Part shown: piece by piece, positions 10,138 to 20,113 of the stretch
Layout of the letters: every line of letters starts with the position of its first letter
How positions within the stretch are numbered: the first letter of the stretch is position 1
Assembly (NCBI GenBank): GCA_965250005.1
Contig: OZ252279.1
Location: 1,740,001 to 1,772,000, forward strand
DNA from: Demequinaceae bacterium
Lineage (GTDB): Bacteria > Actinomycetota > Actinomycetes > Actinomycetales > Demequinaceae
DNA: 32,000 bases
Direction of reading: 5' to 3'
Notes under the pieces: model-generated
Databases searched by the model: none
What the model saw: only the letters and a program-made list of their open reading frames with translations
What the model was told of the DNA's origin: nothing
Program-made: the position numbers and the translations under genes

Positions 10138-10244
10138 GTGCACTCTGGCGCGCGTGGTGTCGTCGTCAAGTGCGAAACTCGCGCTGGGATACTTAGGACT
10201 GAAGGCGCCCTGCCCACCAGATCGGGGCCGGTAGGATTGCGCGC

Positions 10245-11576
10245 ATGGAGAAGGTCTCAGTTTTTGGCACGGGGTACCTCGGCACCACTCACGCTGTGGG
10301 AATGGCTGAAATCGGTCACGAGGTCGTCGGTGTCGACATCGATCCAGACAAGATCGAGCGGCTCAGCGCGGGTGACGTACCATTCTTCGAGCCCGGACTC
10401 TCCGAGCTGCTTCAGAAGCACATCGGTACCGGTCGCCTTCGATTCACTACGGATGCTGAAGATGCGGCGCACTTTGCCGACATTCATTTCATCGGCGTAG
10501 GGACGCCTCAGAAACGCGGCGAGAACGCGGCTGACATGCGCTTCGTTGACGCGGTCATCGAAACCATTGCGCCGCTGTTAACCCGGCCGGCGGTCGTGCT
10601 GGGAAAATCAACGGTGCCCGTCGGGAGCGCTGCCCGGCTTGCTGACCGCCTACGCGAATTGGCCCCCGCGGGAGATGCAGTTCAACTTGGGTGGAATCCT
10701 GAATTTCTGCGGGAGGGGTTCGCCGTCGAGGACACTCTGCGGCCCGACCGCATTGTCTTGGGCGTGGACCGCGATCGTCCCGGAGACGTTGAATCCGCGG
10801 CGCGGCGCGTGTACGCACCGATGCTCGCGGCGGACACCCCATTCCTTGTGACGGATCTGGCTACTGCGGAACTGGTCAAAGTGTCAGCCAACGCATTCCT
10901 CGCAACAAAGATTTCGTTCATCAACGCGATTGCAGAGATTTGCGACGCGACCGGGGCCGATGTCAGCGAGCTCGCAGACGCCATCGGCATCGACGACCGC
11001 ATCGGCCGCAAGTTCCTCAATGCCGGGCTTGGGTTCGGTGGCGGGTGTCTGCCCAAGGACATCCGTGCGTTCATGGCTCGGGCGGGTGAGCTCGGCCTCG
11101 ATCAGACCCTTGGGTTCCTGCGCGAAGTGGATCGCGTCAACCTCCGGCGCCGCGAACACGTGGTCGACCTGGCCAAGACCACGGTAGGCGGCTCGCTTAA
11201 CGGCAAGCGAATCGCGGTGCTCGGTGCGGCTTTCAAGCCAAATTCGGACGACATTCGTGACTCGCCCGCACTCGACGTCACCGGAAAGCTGCACCTAGCT
11301 GGAGCCGATGTGCGTGTTTACGACCCGCAGGCAATGAACAATGCCGCTGCGGTGTGGCCAACGCTCTACTTCGCTAAGAGTGTAGAGGATGCCTGTGCGG
11401 GTGCCGAAGTAGTCATCGTCGCGACCGAGTGGCAGGCGTTCCGTGACGCCGACCCGGTCGCGCTAGCCAGCGTAGTAGCGGTTCCCCGGGTGATCGACGC
11501 GCGAAATTGCTTGGACGTCGGGGCGTGGCAAGCCGCTGGCTGGAGCTACCAGGGAATGGGTCGCTTCGCCGCATGA
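10245..11576 (+). CDS. UDP-glucose/GDP-mannose dehydrogenase family protein
   Basis: 443 aa; [88 protein letters not shown]. Confidence 0.95.
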   Translation: MEKVSVFGTGYLGTTHAVGMAEIGHEVVGVDIDPDKIERLSAGDVPFFEPGLSELLQKHIGTGRLRFTTDAEDAAHFADIHFIGVGTPQKRGENAADMRFVDAVIETIAPLLTRPAVVLGKSTVPVGSAARLADRLRELAPAGDAVQLGWNPEFLREGFAVEDTLRPDRIVLGVDRDRPGDVESAARRVYAPMLAADTPFLVTDLATAELVKVSANAFLATKISFINAIAEICDATGADVSELADAIGIDDRIGRKFLNAGLGFGGGCLPKDIRAFMARAGELGLDQTLGFLREVDRVNLRRREHVVDLAKTTVGGSLNGKRIAVLGAAFKPNSDDIRDSPALDVTGKLHLAGADVRVYDPQAMNNAAAVWPTLYFAKSVEDACAGAEVVIVATEWQAFRDADPVALASVVAVPRVIDARNCLDVGAWQAAGWSYQGMGRFAA

Positions 11577-12262
11577 GTGACCTCATTGACACCACGGAGA
11601 TGTATCTGCGGACCATCTACGAGTTGATCGAAGACGGCGTGGTGCCCATGCGAGCTCGAATTGCTGAGCAACTAGCGCACTCCGGGCCCACGGTGTCGCA
11701 GACAGTCGCACGCATGGAGCGGGACGGTCTCGTCGTAGTCTCTCAAGACGACCGGCACCTCGAGCTTACGGCGCAAGGTCAGACCACGGCGGTGCGCGTA
11801 ATGCGGAAGCACCGGCTCGCGGAGCGCCTCCTCACGGATGTGATCGGGCTGGACCTTCCCTATGTTCACGAAGAGGCGTGCCGTTGGGAGCATGTCATGA
11901 GCGACCGGGTCGAGCGCCGACTGATGGAAATGCTCGGCTCGCCGGACCGGTCCCCCTATGGAAATGCGATTCCGGGCCTTGAAGAGATCGGCGGCAAGGT
12001 TGCGACAAGTGACCCGCCAGGAACCAATTCCTTGGCGTCGGCGCCAGCAGAGCCGAGGGCTGTGATTTTGGTCCGCATCGGCGAGGGTCCGCAAGCCATC
12101 CCGGGGTTGCTCGAGGATACCCACGCGATTGGGCTCGAGCCCGGCGCCGAAGTCACGATCGCTGCCCAGGCGGGCGGGTTCGTGATGAGGACTAGTCGCG
12201 GCGAGATTCAATTCGACGAGCCATCGGCCCAACACGTCTTCGTGTCGCCCGTCGGGACCTAG
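11573..12262 (+). CDS. DtxR/IdeR-family metal-dependent transcriptional regulator
   Basis: [54 protein letters not shown]...[32 protein letters not shown]. Start at the ATG overlapping the upstream TGA. Confidence 0.93.
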   Translation: MSDLIDTTEMYLRTIYELIEDGVVPMRARIAEQLAHSGPTVSQTVARMERDGLVVVSQDDRHLELTAQGQTTAVRVMRKHRLAERLLTDVIGLDLPYVHEEACRWEHVMSDRVERRLMEMLGSPDRSPYGNAIPGLEEIGGKVATSDPPGTNSLASAPAEPRAVILVRIGEGPQAIPGLLEDTHAIGLEPGAEVTIAAQAGGFVMRTSRGEIQFDEPSAQHVFVSPVGT

Positions 12263-12268
12263 CAATTC

Positions 12269-13003
12269 GTGACGGAAACTTGGGAGCGTAGGCGGGATGA
12301 ACCGCCACTCCCCCTCCCCACGGAACTCGGCCGGTTGGCCGCGCGTTGGGAATGGCAGAAGCAAGCGCTGATCGTGCGCAACTACCAAAGGAACTTCTTG
12401 ACGTATTCACCTTTGCGCGCGCCCGCGCGCGTCTTCGCCGGACATCTAGGCTCGATATTTCTGATCATTGCGGCGGGTACGGCGACGGTGGCGGGCCCCG
12501 GTACGCCGCACCCGGGGGCGGACGCGCTCGATGACCTCGAGTTTGGCAGGCAGTTCGCTTCGCTCAACCTCCCGCAGAACAGCGAATGGACATATGGGGC
12601 GCAAGCCGTGGACGTGGGAGATGGTCGTCGAGCGGGCCAGAACGGGGGTTCAGAAATTCCAGTCTCGATCGAGGGCAACGCCGTTCTCGAACTAGCTGCC
12701 ACGTATGTGGGCACACCGTATGTGTGGGGAGGCAAGACTCCGCACGGTTTCGACTGCTCGGGATTCGTCAGTTACGTGTACGCGCAGTTTGGCGTGAAGC
12801 TACCCACTAGTACACGGGGCTACTCGAACTACGGCACGCGCGTGTCGCGTGCAGACGCGCAGCCGGGCGACCTGGTATACATTCCGGGGCACATTGGTAT
12901 TTACGCTGGCGGAGACCTCGTCATCGAGGCACCCAACAGCGCCTCATATGTTCAGTTTAGAACCATGTGGCAAGACAATCCGGTCTTCATCCGGGTGGCA
13001 TAG
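12269..13003 (+). CDS. NlpC/P60 (C40) peptidase, putative cell-wall hydrolase
   Basis: GTPYVWGGKTPHGFDCSGFVSYVYAQFGVKLP...AQPGDLVYIPGHIGIYAGG; N-terminal TM. Confidence 0.93.
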   Translation: MTETWERRRDEPPLPLPTELGRLAARWEWQKQALIVRNYQRNFLTYSPLRAPARVFAGHLGSIFLIIAAGTATVAGPGTPHPGADALDDLEFGRQFASLNLPQNSEWTYGAQAVDVGDGRRAGQNGGSEIPVSIEGNAVLELAATYVGTPYVWGGKTPHGFDCSGFVSYVYAQFGVKLPTSTRGYSNYGTRVSRADAQPGDLVYIPGHIGIYAGGDLVIEAPNSASYVQFRTMWQDNPVFIRVA

Positions 13004-13081
13004 CGCAAAAAGCGGACTCAAAGAGGCCCGCGCGCGGGTCCCGCCGGGCGCACCGTCCTTAGGTGGCGTACCGTCGAGTTC

Positions 13082-14068
13082 ATGCAGTTGTCTAGACCAC
13101 GGAGACTTGGCCGCGCCATATCAACGGTGGGTCTCGGTTGTTGGCAACTAGGAGGCGACTGGGGCGAGATCGACGACGACCGCTCCCAGGAGATCCTGAC
13201 CGCCGTTGCTGACGAGGGAACCACGTTCTTTGACACCGCCGATGTCTACGGTGATGGCCGCTCCGAGAGGGCTGTCGGTGAGTTTCTACGCAATCGCGAG
13301 GATCGCGACAAGTTTGTTGTGGCGACCAAAATGGGGCGCCGCGCAGACCCGCACGTCGCCGAGGCCTTCACGCTAGATAGCTTCCGAGCGTGGACCGACC
13401 GCTCCCGCGAGAACCTGGGCGTGGATACCATTGATTTGGTTCAGCTCCACTGCCCGCCGATTGAGGTGTTCCAAGACCCGCAGACGTACGAGAACCTCTC
13501 AACCATCATCGAAGAGGGCCGCGTCTCCAAGGTTGGCGTCTCCGTTCAGACGTGCAATGAGGCGCTCATCACCATCGGCGAGCCCGCGATTGCGAGTGTT
13601 CAGATCATCATCAACGTATTTAGGCGTAAGCCGCTCGAGCGCGTCGTGGCCGAGGCGCAGGCAGAGGGCATCGCCATCATCGCGCGCGTCCCGCTCGCCT
13701 CGGGCCTGCTCAGTGGCAAGTACGACGAGGCGACGACGTTTCCTGAGAACGACCACCGGACCTACAACCGGAAGGGTGAAGCGTTCGACGTGGGCGAGAC
13801 CTTCTCTGGCGTTCCGTACGACGTTGGCCTCCAGGCTGCGCGCAAAGTCGCTGCCCTCACTCCGGACGGATGGACAACAGCCCAGCTCGCGCTGCGCTGG
13901 ATAGCGGATCAAGGCGTCGCGACGGTAATCCCTGGCGCGCGCACGGTTGACCAGGCCAAGGCAAACGCCGCCGTCGGCAGCCTGTCCTCTCTGAGTGACG
14001 TGACCCATGCAGCGCTCGCAGAGATTTACAACAATGACATCCGCGAGCACGTACACAGCCGCTGGTAG
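13082..14068 (+). CDS. Aldo/keto reductase
   Basis: ISTVGLGCWQLGGDWG, FFDTADVYGDGRSER, VVATKMG, LQAARKVAALTPDGWTTAQLALRWIADQGVATVIPGART. Confidence 0.93.
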   Translation: MQLSRPRRLGRAISTVGLGCWQLGGDWGEIDDDRSQEILTAVADEGTTFFDTADVYGDGRSERAVGEFLRNREDRDKFVVATKMGRRADPHVAEAFTLDSFRAWTDRSRENLGVDTIDLVQLHCPPIEVFQDPQTYENLSTIIEEGRVSKVGVSVQTCNEALITIGEPAIASVQIIINVFRRKPLERVVAEAQAEGIAIIARVPLASGLLSGKYDEATTFPENDHRTYNRKGEAFDVGETFSGVPYDVGLQAARKVAALTPDGWTTAQLALRWIADQGVATVIPGARTVDQAKANAAVGSLSSLSDVTHAALAEIYNNDIREHVHSRW

Positions 14069-14119
14069 CCGCTCGCCGAAGGCTGGCTCGATCTCCTGAC
14101 GGCGTGCGACAATCCTGAT

Positions 14120-15214
14120 ATGTCAGCCGTCCCGGAGCTCCCCATTTCACCTGTTGGCTTCGCTCCCGCTACACGCAAGCGCGGTCGTGTCGCGTTCGCC
14201 GCGCTCGTCACCATGTGGTCCATCGCACTCGCCGAGGTCTCGATCGCTAACGAGGTATTCGGAATTCTCAATCCGGTAGGACTGCTCCTGCTGGCACCCG
14301 TCTACGGTGGCCAGGCGCTACTGTTGGCGTCCTGGGTGTTCCGCGCCAATCGCCGCCCCACGCTTGCCGCTCTCTGGTCCGCTGGGTTCGTCATGGGCCT
14401 CTACGAGTTCTACATCACTGCTGTTTTATGGGGCTCCGCGGACTGGGACACCACCACGAGCGATGGCGGAATCGCCGTCTTCTCACTCGTTGTTCTCGCC
14501 TTCTTCTGGCACCCGTTCATGGCCTTCATCTTCCCGTTGATGATTGCCGAGAACCTCACGGTGGCCCGGCCTCACATTGCGGGCCTCTTTCCCGAGTGGT
14601 TCCGCACGCGCGGCCGCAAGTGGCAGATTGCTGCGTTCCTGATCCTGTGCGCGTTTCCTATTGGAATCGGACAGAAGTGGGAGTTTTGGGTGCTCTGGAT
14701 TGCGCTACCGGCGACGGTCGCGTTGCTGTGGTTTGCGTCCCGCGCCCTGCCCGCACGACCCAAGGCGACATCGCTCGTCAACCTCCTGCCGTCGCGCAGC
14801 GGAATCGTATGGCTGATGGTCGTTGTTGGGGCCGTTTTCGCGCTCATGGGCACGCTCATGGTGACAACGCACGCGATCACGCTTGGCCAGCAGGCGGCCG
14901 CATGGGGACTGTACGCGTTTGCCGTGCTGCTGCTTGCGAGCAATCTCCGGCACACGGCTGTGCCACCAGTGGTGGTGTTCCCCCACGGAACCGTCACCGT
15001 CAGGCGAGCGGTGGCGTACGTCGGAATCGCGTCCTTCATCGCGCTGGCCGCCGCGCTGCTTCCTACCGTTGGAACCGTCGCTCTGGTGGTGACCGTAGTG
15101 GTGATTTGGGGCGCGGGGAGTGTCGTGGGCGTCACAATGCTGGCGCGGGCGATGCGGGGCGCGGTTCGTCGGCGCTCGCCGTCCGGGAGTCAGGTCGCAC
15201 CAAGCGCCCGGTAG
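14120..15214 (+). CDS. Polytopic membrane protein of unknown function
   Basis: 364 aa intact ORF with multiple hydrophobic segments. Confidence 0.75.
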   Translation: MSAVPELPISPVGFAPATRKRGRVAFAALVTMWSIALAEVSIANEVFGILNPVGLLLLAPVYGGQALLLASWVFRANRRPTLAALWSAGFVMGLYEFYITAVLWGSADWDTTTSDGGIAVFSLVVLAFFWHPFMAFIFPLMIAENLTVARPHIAGLFPEWFRTRGRKWQIAAFLILCAFPIGIGQKWEFWVLWIALPATVALLWFASRALPARPKATSLVNLLPSRSGIVWLMVVVGAVFALMGTLMVTTHAITLGQQAAAWGLYAFAVLLLASNLRHTAVPPVVVFPHGTVTVRRAVAYVGIASFIALAAALLPTVGTVALVVTVVVIWGAGSVVGVTMLARAMRGAVRRRSPSGSQVAPSAR

Positions 15215-15229
15215 TCTCTTAGGGCACAA

Positions 15230-15302
15230 GCGCCTGTAGCTCAGGGGATAGAGCACCGCCCTCCTAAGGCGGGTGTCGCGCGTTCGAATCGCGCCAGGCG
15301 CA
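15230..15302 (+). tRNA. tRNA-Arg (anticodon CCT)
   Basis: GCGCCTG acceptor pairs CAGGCGC; GCTC/GAGC D stem; CCGCC-CTCCTAA-GGCGG anticodon arm; GCGCG-TTCGAAT-CGCGC T arm; no encoded CCA. Confidence 0.96.
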
Positions 15303-15435
15303 CCCTCTTGACGTTGTCCGGCGCGCCCTTTTGACAGCGCGCGCCCCGCCCGTGAAACTCGTTTCAGCGGTGCGCGTCGCCTGCCCCCCTGTGCGGCGCG
15401 CACTGTCGTGACGTCTTGCACCAGCCGCCGACGCG

Positions 15436-18400
15436 GTGGTGGCGGCGGCGTGGGAACCGTCGTCGCGCGCGGCACCTCGCTACCGTGGAGAAGTGGTGGA
15501 CTACATTGGGCGCGCCCTCGTGGCGGACGCACTGGCGGAGTGGCGCAGCCAACTCCAGGACTTGGCCACCGCATCGCCATTGCGGGATCTGTCGTTCTCA
15601 ACGGCGCCCACGTTTGACCTAGCGGGTGCACATCCTTCCGGGCTCGCCCAGCTCTTTGCCGGCCGGCCCACACTCATGTCCAGCTTGGTTCGCGATGCGA
15701 TCGCCCAGCCGGCCGCTCTCCACCGCGGGCGCCTCATGCGTGATCATGCCGAAGCGATCCGGTTGAATACCGGCGTCGCAACGGCGGCGCTCATCGTGGG
15801 GACCGCGCGTTGGCGCGAAGGCGCGCGCATGCGGGAAATGCCCTTGCTGCTTCGTCCTGTCACTCTTGGGCTCGCGCGGGACACCGACACAGAGATCACG
15901 CTCCACGACACCGTCAAGATCAACCCCGTATTCGTGGCCGAATTGCGCGAACGGGGAGTCGACGAGTCGCTCGACGGCCTCGCGCAGACCAGCATGCAGG
16001 GCAAGGAGTTTGACCCACGTCCGCTGTGGACCCGTGTGCGAGAAATGACCACCCAGTTTGGCGACGAGTTGGTGGTGGACGAGACGCTCATTCTCGGCTC
16101 CTTCGACGACCCCGAGCAACGGCTTGTCGACGACCTTGACGAGTGTGATCACCTGATCAGCTCGTCCCTGCTGCTCGCCTCGGTGGCGGGCGACAGCGGC
16201 GCCCACGACGAACTCGCCGTGCCGGTCCCCATCGTTGGCGCGGGCGATCGGGATCCATTTGCCGAGCGCGGCCTGGGAGACCTCGACGATGCCCAGTTTG
16301 CGGCCCTTGACCTGGTCGCCACGGGCCGGAGTGTGTTCATTCAGGTGCCTCCTGGCGGGGACGCCACAGGGACCGCCGCCGCGATCGCTGCGGATGGCGC
16401 GGCCTCTGGACGGTCCGTGGCCGTGGTGTGTGGCGCCAACGCGTCGGTGCGTTCTGTTGAGGCCGCGCTGGAAGCAGTGGGGGCCGGCGAATTGGTGGTG
16501 AGCGCGGCGGCCCACGGGTGGAATTCCGCCGCCCGGGCCAGTCTGCTCTCGTCGATGACCGCCTCCGGGAGCTCGGTGAACGAGGAAGCGCTACGCGCCC
16601 AAGGCGAGGCATTATTGTCTGCGCGAAGCGAGTTGCGCGAGCGCATGGAGGACCTGCATCTGAGGTGGGAGCCATGGGGAGTGAGCGCCTACCAGGCGGT
16701 CCAGGCACTGGTGAGGCTCACGTCGTCGGAGTTTGCGCCCGGCACACATGTTCGGCTCACGGGAGAGACCGCGGCCACGGTTGCGGAGCGGGGGTTGATG
16801 GTCGTAGCCGAGGCGGGAGTGCGGGCGTACGCGGCGAGAGTCGGCCCGGCCTCCGAGGGGACCGAGAATCCTGTTTCCGAGCCTGAGACAGAGGGCGAGG
16901 AGCCCGCGCGCCGATGGTGGGAGGGAACTATTCTGGACGCGCAGCGCGGCGCCATGATGGACGATAAGCTCGCGATATTCCTCCTCAGGCACGTGCCGCA
17001 CATGCGCGAGAGCGCGCGCGAAGCGGCTGCCGAAATCGGCGTAGACGAGGCCAGAACCCTCGCGGCCTGGGGGGACCAAGTGGAGTTGTTCGATCGACTC
17101 CGGCAAACGCTCGACACGTTCCAGCCAAGGGTGTTCACGCACCATCACGGGGACGTGGTCGAGGCGACGGCAGCCGCGGGATCCGCCCTGTTTGGGGACA
17201 TGCCCAAGCGCGAGCGCAAGGCCATCGCGCGGCAGGCGAAGGACCTACTGCGCCCGAACAGAAGCGACGACCATCTTCACGAGAGGCTGGTCGAAGCCCG
17301 CCACCTGCACGCGCGGTGGAAGGGGCATTCGAGCGCGGGTGCCGTGCCGCGCGTGCCGGACGATCTCGATGCCTTCGCCGCCCGATTTGGAGAGGCGGCG
17401 GTGCTGTGGGCTGACCTCGCGCCCGCTGTGGAGGCGGTCACCGGGATCGCACGGCTTGCGGATCAGCCGTGGGACGTTCTCGTGGCAACGCTTTCCGGGC
17501 TCTCGGACGCTGACGAGGCACCGCTAGCGGAGGCCGAGGTGCGTGAAACCGAGGAGGGCCTCGAGGCGGCAGGATTTGGTCCTCTGCTTGATGACATGGA
17601 GGCGCGCGCGGTTCCCCTTCGGGCGGCTTCTGCGGAATTCGAGTTTGCGTGGTGGGCTGCGGCGTTCGACTCGATCGTCGCCGCCGCGCCCAAGCTGGCG
17701 CAAACAGGTGCGATCGGCTTTGCTGTGCGGGAGTTCCTTGGGCGCGATCGGCAGTTTGGCGCCGAGCGCGTCAAGCCGTTGATGCGAGCGGTGGGCGAAC
17801 GCCGGCGGGCGGCGATCGCGCGCCACCAAGACGATGCGCGAGACCTTTTCGCCGCGCTAGTCGAAGGCGGCGACGGCCCGTTCAGCGCGCTCTGGGGCCG
17901 ATTCCCGCAGCTCGTGGGCGCGCTCAGGCCCATCGTCATCGCGAGCGCCGAACAGGTGTCGCAAATTGCACCGGCGGCGCGCGTCATTGACACGGTTGTT
18001 CTCATGGGAATCGAGTCGCTCGCGTTCGCCGAGGTGGTGCCAGCCCTTGCACGGTCGAGCCAGGTGGTCGTTCTTGCCGACGCGCACTCTGCTACCAAGT
18101 CCGCGGTCACGCAACTTCGTGAGACGCTCCCGCCCCTGGCGCTTCATGCACGACCACAGCCTCGCGACCCGCGCGTGACCGCGGTGCTCGACGAACATGG
18201 CTATGCGGGCGAGCTCGAGATGTACCCCGCACCGTCTGACGGGGTGTTCGAGGTTGTGCACGTCGATGCGATCGGGGCGCCGGACGAGGGCTCCACGTAC
18301 GTCGAGTCAACCCGCGCCGAGGTCGCGGCCGTGGTCGAGAGGATCTCACGCTCCGCCACGTCGATGTCAGCGGGTGGCGCCGCCGTGGTGGCGGGAAACG

Positions 18401-19743
18401 AACTGCACGCGCTGAGGATTCGCGACGCGCTCGAGGAGCGCAGATCGGCTGGCGGTGCTTCGATTCCGGTGGTGACACTCGGCTCGGCTGCGGGTCTCGA
18501 TGCTGGGCTCGTCGTATTCGCGCCCGGCTGGGCTCCGGACGCCGCAGGAGTGGTCTCCCCCACGCTCGGGATACTGTCCGGAGCGGTTGGCGCTCGCGCC
18601 CTGAGGCAGACTCTTGTTGCCTCGAATCGCGACCTGGCGGTGACCACTGCTCTCACGCCTGAGCATGTTTCTAGCCTGCGCGCCAACGCGGATTTGGGCC
18701 ATGGGCTCGAGGTACTTGCGGACCTGCTCGCGGTGGCAGAGGCGGGACCGCTCGTGCCGGTGTCGAGCGAGCAGGGTAACTGGGTCCTTGCCGACATTGC
18801 CGGTAGGTTGCGTGCCCGGGGGCTCCATGTTGCGGTCCGCTATGGTGTTGGCGGCGCAGTAATTCCGCTCGTTGTTGGCGCGGCGGGCGCCGACACATTC
18901 TCCGTGGCAGTCGTGACGGACGACGCCCCGCCAGCGGCAGGCGTCAGCCTGCGAGACATGGTGCGCTGGCAACAGTCGCGCCTCGAGGGGCTTGGTTGGA
19001 CCGTGATCCCGATGTGGACGGTTGACGCGTTTGCCGATCCTCAGGCGGCCGCTAGAGAGATCCTGATCGAGTTCGGAATCGACGCCGCACTGCCTGCCGC
19101 GCAGCCGCCCCCGCCCACAGATTTGGCTCCCACAGAGTTGCCGCCTGCGGAGTTCCCGCCGCCGAGTGCTGAGCAGGGGGTGCAGGGAGCCGCGCCCACG
19201 GTCACCTCTCTGGTCGAGGCCGAACCGGTGCTGTTCGACGGCAAGGCCGCGGCGCCTCCCCTTGCCGAAGAGGCGGTGCTCGAGTTGTCCGTCGCTCCAA
19301 CGGAGGCAGTTGCCGCCGAGACAGGTTCGCCGTCGCCCGTGGAGGCAGAGGTTCCACCAGAAGACGAACGCGAGCAGCAGACCGACGTTGGCGGTGAATC
19401 CGACGGCGAGCCTGGCTCGGCACCCAATCCGTCCGACGGCACCGGCGTGGATAGCACGTCCGATGGCGAGAACGCGGAATCTGAAGCGGACGAGCCGGAC
19501 GAGCCGGACGATGTGGTTGCACCGTCATGGCCGACGGAGGAGATACCGCTCCATGACCCAACGGCGTCCCCGTCGACGCCCCGGGCCGGGTCTCGCAGGG
19601 CTGGGCGCAAGCGCATGCGAGAGGCCGTGGAGCCCGTCCTGCCGTCGCGCTCGAAGGACGACACGGACGAAGGTTGGGGTGAGCAGTCAGAAGAGGCGTC
19701 TCGCGACGACGAGATAAAGAGGGACGTCCCGCCGCACCACTAG
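15436..19743 (+). CDS. DUF4011-type SF1 helicase-like protein, apparently catalytically inactive, with acidic/Pro-rich tail
   Basis: 1435 codons; DUF4011-like block (WRSQLQDL...ALIVGTARWREGARMREMPLLLRPVTLGL...VKINPVFVAELRERG), helicase-like core, Vsr-like C-terminal block (DMVRWQQSRLEGLGWTVIPMWTVDAFADPQAA). Start codon uncertain (GTG at 15436 used). Confidence 0.75.
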   Translation: MVAAAWEPSSRAAPRYRGEVVDYIGRALVADALAEWRSQLQDLATASPLRDLSFSTAPTFDLAGAHPSGLAQLFAGRPTLMSSLVRDAIAQPAALHRGRLMRDHAEAIRLNTGVATAALIVGTARWREGARMREMPLLLRPVTLGLARDTDTEITLHDTVKINPVFVAELRERGVDESLDGLAQTSMQGKEFDPRPLWTRVREMTTQFGDELVVDETLILGSFDDPEQRLVDDLDECDHLISSSLLLASVAGDSGAHDELAVPVPIVGAGDRDPFAERGLGDLDDAQFAALDLVATGRSVFIQVPPGGDATGTAAAIAADGAASGRSVAVVCGANASVRSVEAALEAVGAGELVVSAAAHGWNSAARASLLSSMTASGSSVNEEALRAQGEALLSARSELRERMEDLHLRWEPWGVSAYQAVQALVRLTSSEFAPGTHVRLTGETAATVAERGLMVVAEAGVRAYAARVGPASEGTENPVSEPETEGEEPARRWWEGTILDAQRGAMMDDKLAIFLLRHVPHMRESAREAAAEIGVDEARTLAAWGDQVELFDRLRQTLDTFQPRVFTHHHGDVVEATAAAGSALFGDMPKRERKAIARQAKDLLRPNRSDDHLHERLVEARHLHARWKGHSSAGAVPRVPDDLDAFAARFGEAAVLWADLAPAVEAVTGIARLADQPWDVLVATLSGLSDADEAPLAEAEVRETEEGLEAAGFGPLLDDMEARAVPLRAASAEFEFAWWAAAFDSIVAAAPKLAQTGAIGFAVREFLGRDRQFGAERVKPLMRAVGERRRAAIARHQDDARDLFAALVEGGDGPFSALWGRFPQLVGALRPIVIASAEQVSQIAPAARVIDTVVLMGIESLAFAEVVPALARSSQVVVLADAHSATKSAVTQLRETLPPLALHARPQPRDPRVTAVLDEHGYAGELEMYPAPSDGVFEVVHVDAIGAPDEGSTYVESTRAEVAAVVERISRSATSMSAGGAAVVAGNELHALRIRDALEERRSAGGASIPVVTLGSAAGLDAGLVVFAPGWAPDAAGVVSPTLGILSGAVGARALRQTLVASNRDLAVTTALTPEHVSSLRANADLGHGLEVLADLLAVAEAGPLVPVSSEQGNWVLADIAGRLRARGLHVAVRYGVGGAVIPLVVGAAGADTFSVAVVTDDAPPAAGVSLRDMVRWQQSRLEGLGWTVIPMWTVDAFADPQAAAREILIEFGIDAALPAAQPPPPTDLAPTELPPAEFPPPSAEQGVQGAAPTVTSLVEAEPVLFDGKAAAPPLAEEAVLELSVAPTEAVAAETGSPSPVEAEVPPEDEREQQTDVGGESDGEPGSAPNPSDGTGVDSTSDGENAESEADEPDEPDDVVAPSWPTEEIPLHDPTASPSTPRAGSRRAGRKRMREAVEPVLPSRSKDDTDEGWGEQSEEASRDDEIKRDVPPHH

Positions 19744-19771
19744 GGGCGACGTGAACGTGCACGGCAGCGTT

Positions 19772-20092
19772 CTAACTAGCGGTTGAGGAAGGCCCAGAGT
19801 TCTGTCCAGAGGGCTTGCCGCTCGACGAGGCAGGTTTTGAACTGGCCGCCGCTGGCTTGGTGGTCGGGGCCGGAGGGACCTTCGATGTGGAAGAAGATCC
19901 CTTGCCGCTGGCACCCTGTCGCGAGTCCGTTCGGTAGAAGCCCGAACCCTTGAACGTCACGCTGACGGAGCCAAATACCTTGCGTAGCGGGCCAGAACAC
20001 TCGGGGCAGACCTCAAGCGAATCCTCTGCCATTGATTGCACCGCGTCAAAGCGGTGATCGCACTGCTGGCAGGCGTAGGCGTAGGTGGGCAT
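19772..20092 (-). CDS. FmdB-family zinc-ribbon protein with Ser/Pro-rich tail (Rv0991c/Ruc-like)
   Basis: MPTYAYACQQCDHRFD...VCPECSGPLRKVFGSVSVTFKGSGFYRTDSR. Confidence 0.88.
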   Translation of the reverse strand: MPTYAYACQQCDHRFDAVQSMAEDSLEVCPECSGPLRKVFGSVSVTFKGSGFYRTDSRQGASGKGSSSTSKVPPAPTTKPAAASSKPASSSGKPSGQNSGPSSTAS

Positions 20093-20113
20093 GCGGGATA
20101 TCTTACGTTGGAC

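Noticed and set aside
15320-15366. Inverted repeats GGCGCGC/GCGCGCC and TGAAAC-tc-GTTTCA downstream of tRNA-Arg
   Set aside because: Short arms in GC-rich sequence with no T-run or positional logic; not strong enough to call a terminator or operator.
14705-15673. 322-aa minus-strand ORF containing GAIRTRDTRLRRAVLYPLSYRR
   Set aside because: This segment is the antisense translation of tRNA-Arg(CCT), a known annotation artefact; the rest lies opposite real genes.
18201-18797. Long antisense ORFs inside the pseudo-helicase gene (also 17463-18110, 15619-16515, 19041-19664)
   Set aside because: High GC suppresses stops in alternative frames; no recognisable domains, and the + strand frame is continuous and family-matched.
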